A stretch of 64,000 nucleotides of DNA from Nitrospirota bacterium (GCA_963663225.1 OY760142.1:2688001-2752000); one strand, 5' to 3'; numbered from the stretch's first letter, positions 40,869 through 51,247 are shown. Program-made: numbers and translations. The notes: generated by a model from the sequence alone, not told the origin.

Positions 40869-42197
40869 TTAGTCCATTGACGACAGCATTCGTCCAGACC
40901 ACCATATCCCGACGCACCCGGCCAAAATGTCAGTCGCGAACCTGCCCCAGAATATTCCGTTAAGTCCTAATAAGGCACTTCCTGCTATGGATAGAGGTAT
41001 TAGCAATACTGCCACCCGTATGATGTTGAGTGCGGACGCCTGCAAGGGCCTGTGTGTCCCTGTCAGTGAAAATCCTGCATAGCGGTGTATCTCAAGCATG
41101 CCGTATCCCATGCACGTAATGTAAATATAGGAACACAAGATATCAATAACGCTCTTCTCGGAAGAGAAAAATTCTGCCATGGATTCGGCAAAAATAAGGA
41201 ACAAACAACCGATAAAAATGCCGTACAGCAGGGCAAATGTCATGGTGCCTTTTCTCGCCAGCCTGATTCTGTCCATTCTTCCGGCGCCGTAGTTCTGGGC
41301 CACAAAAGGAATAAGCGACATGCCGACGGTCATGGGTATCATGAAGGCGAACATTTCTATTCTGCCTGCCACGCCCAGCGCGGCGACGGCCTCGTTGCCG
41401 AAACCTGCTGCGAGTCTGGTAATAACGGCGGACGACAGCGGAGTCAATATCATGCCGAGGGCTCCGGGTATACTGAATTTCAGGATGCTGTGCCATGATC
41501 GAAAAAGCAGGCCTGGTTTTATGGTGCTGATATCTATCAAGCTCATTTTTTTCGCCACAATGTAAAAAGCAGCCGCAAGGGTGACCGTTTGGGCGAGTAT
41601 CGTTGCGACAGCAGCGCCGGCGATATTCATTTTCGGCAAGCCGAATCTGCCGAAAATAAGCCCCATATCCAGAACGATATTTATTGCAGTACTGCCGACC
41701 ATGAGCATACTGACGGCCTTTGTATTCCCGGTGCTTATGATGATGTCGGAAACAACGATTTGAAGCACCATAATGAACGAGCCCCAGTACCAGATTTCCA
41801 TATACTGTGCAGTCATCTCGAGTACCGCGCCGGATGCACCCAGCCTGGAGAAAAGAGGCGTGATGGTGAGCAGCCCCAGAACAGATATGAGGGCGCCGAA
41901 AAGAACGGAAAGGATAATTGCGTGCGTTGTAACTGTTGCCGCTTTTTTGTGATCTTTCCCGCCTATGGCATGGGCGACGAGCGTCATTACTCCGCTTCCG
42001 AGCCCCCGGCTGAGCAGCATAAGCAGCATTACAACAGGGAACGTAAAAGAAATAGCCGCAAGCGCTTCGGTCCCGAGCTGGGACACGAACCAGGCGTTCG
42101 TGAGGTTATACATATTCATGGCAAAAGTGCCTGCGAGCATCGGCACGGCCATTTTGACAATTACGTTCAGTACATGTCCTTGTATAAGTTTTGACAT
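40869..42197 (-). CDS. MATE-family efflux transporter
   Basis: About 12 TM; ALAAISFTFP, GAAVAT and QNYGAG motifs. Confidence 0.92.
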   Translation of the reverse strand: MSKLIQGHVLNVIVKMAVPMLAGTFAMNMYNLTNAWFVSQLGTEALAAISFTFPVVMLLMLLSRGLGSGVMTLVAHAIGGKDHKKAATVTTHAIILSVLFGALISVLGLLTITPLFSRLGASGAVLEMTAQYMEIWYWGSFIMVLQIVVSDIIISTGNTKAVSMLMVGSTAINIVLDMGLIFGRFGLPKMNIAGAAVATILAQTVTLAAAFYIVAKKMSLIDISTIKPGLLFRSWHSILKFSIPGALGMILTPLSSAVITRLAAGFGNEAVAALGVAGRIEMFAFMIPMTVGMSLIPFVAQNYGAGRMDRIRLARKGTMTFALLYGIFIGCLFLIFAESMAEFFSSEKSVIDILCSYIYITCMGYGMLEIHRYAGFSLTGTHRPLQASALNIIRVAVLLIPLSIAGSALLGLNGIFWGRFATDILAGCVGIWWSGRMLSSMD

Positions 42198-42305
42198 TGT
42201 TGTTGGAGAGAGTTTTATGAAAAGCGGCCGTCAGACATGAAATTTCAGGTCAGTGAGGTGTCGGGTTTCACAATGTCCAGTCCGTTTTTTCACTACGTTG
42301 TTGGA

Positions 42306-43676
42306 TTATTTCTCTGACATCTGCTCCCTGTCAGCGGTTTCGAGCGACGCTAAAACAAGACTTTTTACCGTTTCGCCCTCCAGGCTGTTCTTGACGACTT
42401 CATCCAGTTTCAGGAGCAGTGCATTGACCGCCGGGCTTCCGCTGGCAAGACTGCTGAATGCGGCCGCTTCATGCAGGTTTTTTTCGACCGCGCTGAATAC
42501 TTCCGGTACCGTTATTCTTTCAATATCGCGCATGGGGATATAGGTCATGTCATCTTTTATGAGGAACACGATCTTACTGTCTTCCAGAGCTTCCAAGACC
42601 CTGAGAACAGGAAACACCGGCAACCCGAAATGCCGTACCAGGGAATTCAGCGTCCAGCGCTCCAGTCCCTTGTAATGATGAAGGCCGATACAGTACATGG
42701 CGGCAACGGCAAGCTTGTATTGAAACCGCTCGGTAAAAATTTCCGTATCATTTTTTACCCGCAGGGTCGCGGGGAACTGGTGATGATACGCGATTTTCAC
42801 CCCGATCAGCATTACGATCCAGTTGAAATACAGCCACAGCATGAAGATCAGCACCATCGCGAAACCTGAATAGATAGCGGAATAATGCGCGGTTGAAACC
42901 AGGAACTTCGCGAATGCCCAGCTGATCGTTTCCCAGAGTAGACCCGCAACAACGCCGCCCGTCAGCGCGGAGCGAATCGAGACTTTTGTGTTGGGCAGGA
43001 GATAGTAAATCATGGTAAACGTAATGATCATCAGCAGGTACGGCAGGAATTTACTGAGATACAGGATGATGGTGCCGAACGGTTCGATGTGATGAAGGGC
43101 CTGGACGACGGTGTTGCTCATGACAGAAGTTGTCAGGCCGATCGCTGCGACCATTAAAAGCGGAGCGACGAGAAGCACGCTCAAGTAGTCGCGAAACTTT
43201 TGGAGCAGCCCGCGCGGTTTGTGGATCTGCCACAAACGGTTGAATGCCTGCTCGATCTGCTGGATAGTGTTCACGACCGTATAAACAAGAACCACGAGAC
43301 CGACGGCTCCGAGTACGCTGACATTGATTTTGTCGACATAGCTGACGATGACTGTCGTAATTTCCCTGCTTTTAGGGCCAATGGGTGCAAGGAAATTTAG
43401 CAGCATCGGGGCCAGCATGTTATGCACTCCGAATGCCTTGGCCAAAGCGAACGAAAGGGCTATCAGCGGGACGAAGGACAAAAGAGTTATGTACGCGAGG
43501 CTCGAAGCGGGGAGGGTAAAAACGCCGGTCCGGAAATCATCTTGTATTTTGTAGGCAAAACGAAGGCAGGTTATGAGATATCCCTTCGGTTTACTCACAC
43601 CGGCAATATCGATCTGCCACAAGGTCTCACGAAAGAATGTCTGCACTGAGCTGAATAATTTTTTAATATTCATCAT
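42306..43676 (-). CDS. YihY/BrkB-family inner membrane protein with a C-terminal wHTH-like domain
   Basis: SSLAYITLLSFVP, IEQAFNRLW and YSAIYSGF motifs. Confidence 0.88.
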   Translation of the reverse strand: MMNIKKLFSSVQTFFRETLWQIDIAGVSKPKGYLITCLRFAYKIQDDFRTGVFTLPASSLAYITLLSFVPLIALSFALAKAFGVHNMLAPMLLNFLAPIGPKSREITTVIVSYVDKINVSVLGAVGLVVLVYTVVNTIQQIEQAFNRLWQIHKPRGLLQKFRDYLSVLLVAPLLMVAAIGLTTSVMSNTVVQALHHIEPFGTIILYLSKFLPYLLMIITFTMIYYLLPNTKVSIRSALTGGVVAGLLWETISWAFAKFLVSTAHYSAIYSGFAMVLIFMLWLYFNWIVMLIGVKIAYHHQFPATLRVKNDTEIFTERFQYKLAVAAMYCIGLHHYKGLERWTLNSLVRHFGLPVFPVLRVLEALEDSKIVFLIKDDMTYIPMRDIERITVPEVFSAVEKNLHEAAAFSSLASGSPAVNALLLKLDEVVKNSLEGETVKSLVLASLETADREQMSEK

Positions 43677-43749
43677 AACAATAGTCCTTTAGAGATGGTT
43701 CTTTTTTGGGAAGGTACGGCCCATTCAGACCATCCCTGTCCATTAAAAA

Positions 43750-43782
43750 GCAGGGACGCAATATTGTTTGTTGCGTCCCCGC
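43750..43782. repeat. REP-like palindrome, also a terminator for the minus-strand gene
   Basis: GCAGGGACGCAA-tattgtttg-TTGCGTCCCCGC; T-tract on the minus strand. Confidence 0.55.
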
Positions 43783-43810
43783 GTAGAATCCGGCTTTTGC
43801 GGTGTTTTTT

Positions 43811-44311
43811 TTATTTAGCACGTTCGAGCGTAACAATGCTTCGCTGCATTCCCTTGTCAGCCCAGTTGGGCATGACCCTCCAGGGGGTCAGAATTTGCAG
43901 GCGATTTCCGTTAATTTTAAAAAATCGTGACTGTTCGGTCCCGACCCAGGCGGGATTCCATGCAACTTCGACCTTCGTGATCCATTTGTCTCCTTCAATG
44001 CGGTATGTACCGGTGTATGCCACCATCGTGCTTAATAGTTCGGCACGCTCTTTATCAGTGTTAGCCGGTTTGCGTCCTTCTCCGGTAAACATGAAAAATA
44101 CGCGTCCCTCCGGTGTGAAAATAACATATCCGGTCGGGTTTTGACCCATAACCAGTTCCCGCTGGCCTGTTGCCTGGATCTCGACTTCGTAGGAAAGCAG
44201 TTTCCAGAGGCCCTGAACCTGTTTTGCACCGTCTTTTGCCTCATCAGCAAAAACAGATTGCACCGAAAACACAAGCAAAAACAGAACAACCAACCATGTG
44301 ACCTTACGCAT
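43811..44311 (-). CDS. Secreted lipocalin-like domain protein
   Basis: Signal peptide; GLWKLLS, GYVIFTPEGR and AYTGTY motifs. Confidence 0.75.
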   Translation of the reverse strand: MRKVTWLVVLFLLVFSVQSVFADEAKDGAKQVQGLWKLLSYEVEIQATGQRELVMGQNPTGYVIFTPEGRVFFMFTGEGRKPANTDKERAELLSTMVAYTGTYRIEGDKWITKVEVAWNPAWVGTEQSRFFKINGNRLQILTPWRVMPNWADKGMQRSIVTLERAK

Positions 44312-44444
44312 ACTGTTCTCCTTTCTTTCTAGCAGAGATTAATCCGGAAAATGCACGAACGTAGCACAACCTTGTAAACATATATGGCATGAAATGGTTC
44401 AACCGGTTCTGTTTAGGGTATTTACTCCGATCTGAAATGAGCCG

Positions 44445-45314
44445 TTAATTCCCCAATACTATCTTTTCTTCGCAATAGGGTGCTAATGGACGAATTTTAT
44501 CATAGTTTCTTTCAAAATATAATTGCGGATTCAACTGACGAAGAAGTTCCGTAGTCGCTTTTTCAGTAAGTAAACGGCAAACAAGCCGTGTATCCATACT
44601 CAATATCCGGCATGCTTCGAGAGTCGGACAAAAATTCTTCGATTGAATTATGATGTTATTTTTGTTTCTTTCAACAATCGGAGCATCTGCAGGGTCGATT
44701 TCGAGCTTGCTGATGAAAAGATTGTATGCTTCGTCGAGAATCGAAGAGGTTTTAGCGTTTTGTGGTTTATAGTTGTTTTTAAACCAATGCAGTCTGCTGA
44801 GACATTTTTCCTTGCCGAGTTTTTCAAGTGCTGCATCGTCTGCATTCCGCAGCATTTTAATTTCGTTTCTTACTGCCTGGTTGTAAAGTATTGAACATTC
44901 ATCATACAATATAGGTTCGGAGATATTGATTTTCTTTCTCCCGCGGTCAAAAATTTCTTTTATGGAAATATCAATACGGCTTCTGCCCTGCAGCAAAGCG
45001 TCTTTGATCGAAAAACCATATGCCACCACTTCAATTCCAGACCAGAACAGGGCCGTCGAGCACATTGGACAAGGCTCGTGGGTAGATATCAGTGTGCAAC
45101 CGGACAGATTTTTCCCCAGCAGGGATGCTGCGCGCCTGACGGCTTTCATTTCCGCGTGCGCGGTAGGATCTCCTTCGGTTGAGTCAGTATCGTGGGCCCG
45201 GGTTATAAGCGCGCCTTCTTTCATGATAACTGCTCCAAAACCGCTATTGCCTTCTCGCAATGAAAGCTTTGCCTCGTCAATTGCAATGCGCATAAACTTC
45301 TGGATATCATTCAT
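44445..45314 (-). CDS. Cytidine/guanine deaminase-fold protein with a Cys-containing C-terminal domain
   Basis: FGAVI, AHAEM and EPCPMC motifs; C-terminal FCPTLEAC...VC...YCEE. Confidence 0.85.
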   Translation of the reverse strand: MNDIQKFMRIAIDEAKLSLREGNSGFGAVIMKEGALITRAHDTDSTEGDPTAHAEMKAVRRAASLLGKNLSGCTLISTHEPCPMCSTALFWSGIEVVAYGFSIKDALLQGRSRIDISIKEIFDRGRKKINISEPILYDECSILYNQAVRNEIKMLRNADDAALEKLGKEKCLSRLHWFKNNYKPQNAKTSSILDEAYNLFISKLEIDPADAPIVERNKNNIIIQSKNFCPTLEACRILSMDTRLVCRLLTEKATTELLRQLNPQLYFERNYDKIRPLAPYCEEKIVLGN

Positions 45315-45351
45315 CTTGTTGTTATCGAATATCATATTTGTCCTTATAAAT

Positions 45352-47145
45352 CTAGAAGAGTACCGTATGCGCAGGTTCGAAGTTTTTTGCTGCATCATGC
45401 GCTTGTATCCGGACCTTATGCATTCCTCTGATCGAGTTCAAAAGATAGACCGTAGGGCTGTCGAGTGCTTCCTGAACGGTAATGATTCGTTCCTGCAGCT
45501 GGGCGTGATCAATCATCCAGGCGCGCTGCGTGCCGGGCAGGAGGCCGCAGGAAACGGGTGGTGTGTATAATACACCGTCAATTTCGACTGCAATATTTGC
45601 CACGGTAGACTCAGTGATCTGTCCAGCTTTATTGTACAATAAAACATCGTTGCTTCCAGGGCATATTCCAACAGCGTTTTCATACACGTGACGATGAGTC
45701 GTTTTATGGTACAGAAAAACGTTTTCCTTGTCGACCGGGTCCCTGGAGAGCATAATGTCATGAAAGCGCATAGTGGTTGACTCGATGGGAACGGCCTCGC
45801 AGCGGAAGGTCCCCAGGCGCGAGACAAGCAAACGGATACGATGCCTTTTTAAAGGCAGACCGGCCGGAATGCGCATAAGCTCATCTTGTATTTGGTGGAG
45901 ATCTAGAGGGAAACCGAAATAGTCCGCTGATCGGGCGAGACGCTCCATGTGGTACTCCAGAAGCCGGTATCCGCCCGAAGGAGACCACAGCATTGTTTCG
46001 AGAAGATCGAAATCTCGGGCTGTGGGACGCAGTACCTGCGTTTTTGTCAGGCATTCTGCGTATTCAGCAACGGGTTGGGAGTCCCATACAATACCGCTTC
46101 CGACGCCGTATTCCGCCTGACCGCTTGCTTTATGCAGCAAAATAGTTCGAATGGCGACATTGAACCGGGCGCGGCGTCCGGGAGCGACGAAGCCGATTGT
46201 ACCGGTATATATGCGCCTCGGTGAGGATTCCAGCTCCGCTATGATTTCCATCGTGCGGCGCTTCGGTGCACCGGTAATGGATGCGGGAGGAAATGTGGCT
46301 TGTAGTATACAGTTCAGAGATTCGTCGGTTCTTGCACGTACGGTAGATGTCATCTGCCACACGTTCGGATATTTTTCAAGCTCAAACAGCGAGGGGACAT
46401 GAACGCTGCCGCAACATGCTATGCGGCCGAGGTCATTGCGCACCATGTCCACGATCATCAGGTTCTCCGCCTGTTCCTTTTGGGAACTTCTGAGAGCGGT
46501 CCGTTTTGCCAGATCTTTCTCAAACCACAATCCTCTGGCAGCCGTACCTTTCATAGGTCGCGACTCGATCTGATCACCGTCGAGCCTCAGGAAAAGCTCG
46601 GGTGAGGCGCTGCAGACAGCCCAATCTCCCGTGTCCAGGAACGCGGCAAAAGGAGGTTCATCGCCGGTAATATGCAGGAATAGCTGCCAGGGGTCAATAT
46701 CCGTTCTTGCCTGAAGCCGGTACGTGAAGTTGACCTGATAGGTGTCACCCTCGCGGATAAATTGACGTATTTCCCCGAGTGAGTTGAGGTATTCTGCCCG
46801 TGTTATTGATGGATGCCACGGTATAAAGAAATCACGGTTCCCGCGAGTTGACGGCAGGGTAATTTCGCTGGCCTGTTCGAATAACCCGAACCAGAGCAGG
46901 GGAAACTCCTTGTCAATTTTGGCAGGCAGGGAAGGGTCAAAGGCTGGAGCGGCCTCGTAGGAAATAAAACCGGCGGCGTACAATTTATCTTGTTCGACCT
47001 TGTTTTCAATTGCGCGAAGAAAAGGCAGGACATCCTCTATGCGGTTTGTTGTAATGATCTCGCATGGTGATGTGAAGCTCAGCCATTTTTTTCCGGCTTC
47101 ATCACGCAAAACGATATGCGGTATCTGAAGGTCTATTTTTTTCAT
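45352..47145 (-). CDS. pabB: Aminodeoxychorismate synthase component I fused to an ADC lyase domain (PabB-PabC)
   Basis: YQVNFT, SPELF, RPMKGT, ENLMIVD-x2-RND and ITGAPK motifs; C-terminal HKTT and GLLPG. Confidence 0.9.
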   Translation of the reverse strand: MKKIDLQIPHIVLRDEAGKKWLSFTSPCEIITTNRIEDVLPFLRAIENKVEQDKLYAAGFISYEAAPAFDPSLPAKIDKEFPLLWFGLFEQASEITLPSTRGNRDFFIPWHPSITRAEYLNSLGEIRQFIREGDTYQVNFTYRLQARTDIDPWQLFLHITGDEPPFAAFLDTGDWAVCSASPELFLRLDGDQIESRPMKGTAARGLWFEKDLAKRTALRSSQKEQAENLMIVDMVRNDLGRIACCGSVHVPSLFELEKYPNVWQMTSTVRARTDESLNCILQATFPPASITGAPKRRTMEIIAELESSPRRIYTGTIGFVAPGRRARFNVAIRTILLHKASGQAEYGVGSGIVWDSQPVAEYAECLTKTQVLRPTARDFDLLETMLWSPSGGYRLLEYHMERLARSADYFGFPLDLHQIQDELMRIPAGLPLKRHRIRLLVSRLGTFRCEAVPIESTTMRFHDIMLSRDPVDKENVFLYHKTTHRHVYENAVGICPGSNDVLLYNKAGQITESTVANIAVEIDGVLYTPPVSCGLLPGTQRAWMIDHAQLQERIITVQEALDSPTVYLLNSIRGMHKVRIQAHDAAKNFEPAHTVLF

Positions 47146-47415
47146 CGTACTCCGCACACGAATGGTGAATTTTGGATCCCAATGTTCTTGCTGGTCTTGA
47201 GTTTTGCGAATTTATCAGGCGGACGGTAAATTATGCCGGAAAGGCCGTTTCAACTCCGGCATTGCTTCGATTTCAAAACAAGCATCACCTTATGACAAAA
47301 GACATTTGCTCATGAAAGAGAGAACATCGTGGTCAGACAATGGAATTCATGAACAGGCATCTTTGCGTTCATGACGTGCGCAATCGGCCTTTTGCGGCCT
47401 TGTTGTCTGTAATTG

Positions 47416-48054
47416 TCAGCGGCCTGCAGTCTGGGCGGAACTGGCGGAATTCAGATGTTCGATATTCGCGATATCGATCACCTCGGCCGAACCGTTTTCG
47501 ACACGGATGGTAGTCAGGCTGGCCGGAGGAACAGAATGCACAGACCAGACAGTGCTGACCGGCTGCTTCATGAGAGCGACAATACAGACGCGGGCGCAAA
47601 TGGCATGCGTGACGATCAGGACGCTTCCGGTGCGCAATCTCTGTATTTCCGAAAAGAAGTCGGAAATTCTTTGGTGCATCTCGGTAAAAGATTCGCCGTT
47701 CGGCGCCCGAAATAGCTCCGGGGTCTGTCTGTACGTGTTGTACTCCTGTGGATAGCCGTTCCGGATTTCGTCGATAGTCTTTCCTTCCCAGGCTCCAAAA
47801 TACATTTCGCGAAGGCGATCGTCCGGTATCGAGGAAAGGGGTGGATTGTGTTGTTCACCGATCAGCCCGGCAGTTCTTCTTGCACGGTTCAGCGAGCTTG
47901 AAAACGCTGCATCAATGCTGGTGGAAGCAAGACGGTTCCCGATCGATATGGCTTGTTCAACGCCGACCGGTGTAAGGGCGGAGTCGCAGTGGCCCTGGGT
48001 GCGATGTTGCAGGTTCCACTCGGTCTGTCCGTGTCTGACGATATAATAGTACAT
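47416..48054 (-). CDS. Histidine phosphatase family protein
   Basis: RHGQT-x-WN, LRE-x2-FG-x-WEG and VTHA motifs. Confidence 0.9.
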   Translation of the reverse strand: MYYYIVRHGQTEWNLQHRTQGHCDSALTPVGVEQAISIGNRLASTSIDAAFSSSLNRARRTAGLIGEQHNPPLSSIPDDRLREMYFGAWEGKTIDEIRNGYPQEYNTYRQTPELFRAPNGESFTEMHQRISDFFSEIQRLRTGSVLIVTHAICARVCIVALMKQPVSTVWSVHSVPPASLTTIRVENGSAEVIDIANIEHLNSASSAQTAGR

Positions 48055-48172
48055 CTGAACTCCTTGATCACTGCAGTGATTCTCGCGATGCAGAACGATT
48101 GCGATGTGTGGAAGTATATATATTCATTTCAATCTTGTCAATTTTTTGCATGCAGACGGAGGCAGTCGACTG

Positions 48173-49366
48173 TCAGGAAACGACCCTTGCGATGAGTTTT
48201 CCGAGTTCAAATCCTTTTTGTATAACGTCGGCATCCGGATATCCGGCAAACTCGAGTTTTTCGATATACTGCCATCTGGACGGTTCGGTGAGTTCCAGCG
48301 TCTTCTTTAAAGCGCCTTTGCTCCACCCATAGCTTCCGAAATAAACTGCTTTTTTATTCTGGATGTTTTTCAGGGCGGCTTTTTCGAGCGCAGTCTGCAT
48401 GTACGGAAAGAGGGTGGCCTCATACGTCGGCGCACCCACGACAACGCCCTTGTTCACAAGCAGCGCGGGAAGCATATATGAAGGGTGTACGCGGGCTACG
48501 TCGAATGTTTCCGGAATGATTCCGGCTGAGGTTATGCCTTCAGCGACCGCGTTCATCATGAGTTCCGTGTTCCCGTACATTGATCCGTACAGAAGAGTTA
48601 CCCCTCTGCCGCCTCCTGATTTTCCGTATTCCGCCCATCTGCTGTACAGTTCGATTATTCTTCCGGGCGCTTTTCTCCAGACGAGGCCATGAGAAGGTGC
48701 GATGCACGCTATCTTGAGTGCGGAAATCTTTTTTATGGCGTTTAAAACCGGCACCGCGAACTTTGCCACAATATTGGCATAATAGCGCAGGGCCTCTTTT
48801 TCATAGTAAACGATGTCGGGATATTCATCGTCGAACAATGCCCCTTGCAAAGCCCCATATCCGCCGAACGCATCGCAGGAGAACAGCACGTTTGACTTCG
48901 GGTCGTAAGTTGCCATTGTTTCCGGCCAGTGCACAAAAGGAATATGGTGAAATGAAATCGCTCTGCTGCCGATGTCAAGCGTGTCGCTGTCGTTGACGGC
49001 TTTGATTCGTTCGGTAATACCGTAGTAGTCACGCAGCATCTGAACGGCTTTCGGGCTGCAGACGATTTCAGCCTTGGGCGAAAGCATTCTGAGCGTCTTT
49101 ATGACTCCGGTATGGTCAGGTTCCATGTGATTTATGACAACGTAGTCAATGTCGGAAAGAGGGAAAATTCTGGAAATTTGACCAAGGAAGTCGTCTGTTT
49201 TGAAAGATTTTGCCAGATCGATCAATACGTTTTTTTTGTCTTTTATCGCGTATGAGTTGTATGATATGCCTGTTTTATCGATCGGCCATAATCCTTCAAA
49301 GAGGTCAGTCGTCCTGTCATTTACGCCGACCCAGAAGATGTCATCAGTAAGTTTTATTTCCAGCAT
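48173..49366 (-). CDS. Flavodiiron protein (FprA/A-type flavoprotein)
   Basis: HMEPDH, HWPE, SCDAFG and PSHG diiron ligands; YGSMYGNT flavodoxin motif. Confidence 0.93.
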   Translation of the reverse strand: MLEIKLTDDIFWVGVNDRTTDLFEGLWPIDKTGISYNSYAIKDKKNVLIDLAKSFKTDDFLGQISRIFPLSDIDYVVINHMEPDHTGVIKTLRMLSPKAEIVCSPKAVQMLRDYYGITERIKAVNDSDTLDIGSRAISFHHIPFVHWPETMATYDPKSNVLFSCDAFGGYGALQGALFDDEYPDIVYYEKEALRYYANIVAKFAVPVLNAIKKISALKIACIAPSHGLVWRKAPGRIIELYSRWAEYGKSGGGRGVTLLYGSMYGNTELMMNAVAEGITSAGIIPETFDVARVHPSYMLPALLVNKGVVVGAPTYEATLFPYMQTALEKAALKNIQNKKAVYFGSYGWSKGALKKTLELTEPSRWQYIEKLEFAGYPDADVIQKGFELGKLIARVVS

Positions 49367-49456
49367 GAAGACCTCCCGGATTCATGTACTGTTTGTTTAT
49401 CAGAACATTTTCTCAATTCTAACACAGAATGAATCTGATTTTGGGCGGGCTCGGCA

Positions 49457-49957
49457 CTAGCTTTTTGCTGAAAAACTGATGTGAAAAGTGACGGTACTTT
49501 GAGGAATTGTTTTACAAAACGGCAAAGCGAGAAAAAACTCCTGCGGAATGCCTTCATGAATCAAGCCGGGAATATTTTTGAAGCCGAACCGTTGATAGTA
49601 GCTGGGATCTCCCACGAGAACGCAGCCGTTGCCGCCCAAAGCTTTCAGCCGGGACAATCCTTCATGCATAAGTGCCTTTCCGATTCCCTGTTTTTGATAT
49701 CCCGGCAGCACGGAGATCGGGCCGAGCCCGTACCAGTTCAGACTCCCGTCGGACATGGTCACCGGCGAGAAGGCAATATGGCCGAGTATTTTCCCTTCAA
49801 CCTCCGCGACCAGCGAAAGGGTCAGGGCATCGGCACGGCGTAATGCGGTTATGATGAATTGTTCCGTATGACAGCTGATGGGAAGGGTCTTGAAGGCCGC
49901 TATGGTGATTTCCGTTATTGCATCGATATCAGTGCTTTTTTCTTCTCGTATGATCAT
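49457..49957 (-). CDS. GNAT N-acetyltransferase (YhbS-like)
   Basis: LGPISV-x-P-x2-Q-x2-GIG and VLVGDPSYYQRFGF motifs. Confidence 0.92.
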   Translation of the reverse strand: MIIREEKSTDIDAITEITIAAFKTLPISCHTEQFIITALRRADALTLSLVAEVEGKILGHIAFSPVTMSDGSLNWYGLGPISVLPGYQKQGIGKALMHEGLSRLKALGGNGCVLVGDPSYYQRFGFKNIPGLIHEGIPQEFFLALPFCKTIPQSTVTFHISFSAKS

Positions 49958-49990
49958 TGTTGGTCCAGAATTATAATTTCTGTTGCTGTT

Positions 49991-51247
49991 TTATCTGCTG
50001 GATTCTCGTTGCTTCAGCTGCAGGGTATCCTGTTCCTGCAGAGCATTGTAAATTGCTTTCTTTATCTCATTGGGAAAACTGCCCGACATTCCTTCAAGAG
50101 CGGTATTGGTGAGGATTACCACTGTTAGCCCTGCGGTCCGGTCGACCCACCACGCATGACCGTAGGCGCCGCCCCACGCGATGGTGTTTTTATTCTGGGG
50201 GCTTTTGGCTGTCGACGGATCAAGCAGGATCGCGGACATGAGCGTCCACCCCCATCCCGGTTCTCCCACCGGAATATACGCCGCGCCCGTACTGTTTTCG
50301 AACAGTGCCTTGTGCGACGCAGGCTTCAATAATGAAGCATTTCCCGTTCTGACAGCCTCAAGAAAAAGAAGATAATCACCAGCGGTTCCTACCATTCCCG
50401 CGCCTCCGGATGGATAGGCTTTTTTGTCGAGAGCGCGTGCCGGCGAAAAGTTTATCGTGCCGGGTCCGGAAGGAAGCTGATAAAACGAAGGCATTCTGAG
50501 CGGGGCCGGTTTTGCGTCCGCGTACGGGGTCGCCAGGCGTTCGGGATGCGATGCCGTAAATTCCGTATCGTTCATCGCAAGTGGCTTGGTTATCAGTTCT
50601 TTTACTGCCGAGTCGAGGTCCTGTTTTGCCGCTTTTTCAATGACCCTGCCGAGTACATCTGTCGCGAGCGAGTATCGCCATGCCGTTCCGGGAGCAAAGA
50701 GCAGGGGAGCGTTTGCAATGCGGTTCAGGTTTTCATCCAGTGAAATGCCGGTATCGTCAAGGCCGTCGGACACTTTTAATCTGTGGTAAGGCCCTTCCTT
50801 GTTTTCAAAAAAAGAGTAGTTCAATCCCGCGGTATGGGTCAGCAGGTGCCGTATGGTTATGATTGGAATTTTACCATCGGCTGTCCTCGGTCTGAAATCA
50901 GGAAGCCATTTTGTTACCGGATCGTCGAGCCTGAGGATATTTTGATCAATAAGACGGAGAACGGCCACCGAGACTAGCGGTTTCGTCATCGAAGCGAGGC
51001 GGAATATTGTATCCTTTTGCATCAGCAGGTTGTTTTCACGATCGGCAAGTCCGGATGCCTTGTTGTAAAGAACCTTTCCACCCTGTGCCACGATCACGAC
51101 ACAGCCGACGATTCGATTTTCCGCAAGCGCCCTGGCAACGACCCGATCAACCTGTTTGCCGACAGCATTATTATCAGATAAAGAAGCTGCCGACGAAGTC
51201 TGGCAGATGAACAGTATGAGCAACAGTAACGAGAACTTTTTGAACAT
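49991..51247 (-). CDS. Secreted serine hydrolase (beta-lactamase/EstB-like family)
   Basis: FRLASMTK (SxxK), LLTHTAG, WRYS and WGG motifs; signal peptide. Confidence 0.9.
   Translation of the reverse strand: MFKKFSLLLLILFICQTSSAASLSDNNAVGKQVDRVVARALAENRIVGCVVIVAQGGKVLYNKASGLADRENNLLMQKDTIFRLASMTKPLVSVAVLRLIDQNILRLDDPVTKWLPDFRPRTADGKIPIITIRHLLTHTAGLNYSFFENKEGPYHRLKVSDGLDDTGISLDENLNRIANAPLLFAPGTAWRYSLATDVLGRVIEKAAKQDLDSAVKELITKPLAMNDTEFTASHPERLATPYADAKPAPLRMPSFYQLPSGPGTINFSPARALDKKAYPSGGAGMVGTAGDYLLFLEAVRTGNASLLKPASHKALFENSTGAAYIPVGEPGWGWTLMSAILLDPSTAKSPQNKNTIAWGGAYGHAWWVDRTAGLTVVILTNTALEGMSGSFPNEIKKAIYNALQEQDTLQLKQRESSR

Noticed and set aside
49991-51247. Antibiotic-resistance beta-lactamase
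   Set aside because: WGG in place of the KTG triad points to an EstB-like esterase; resistance cannot be inferred
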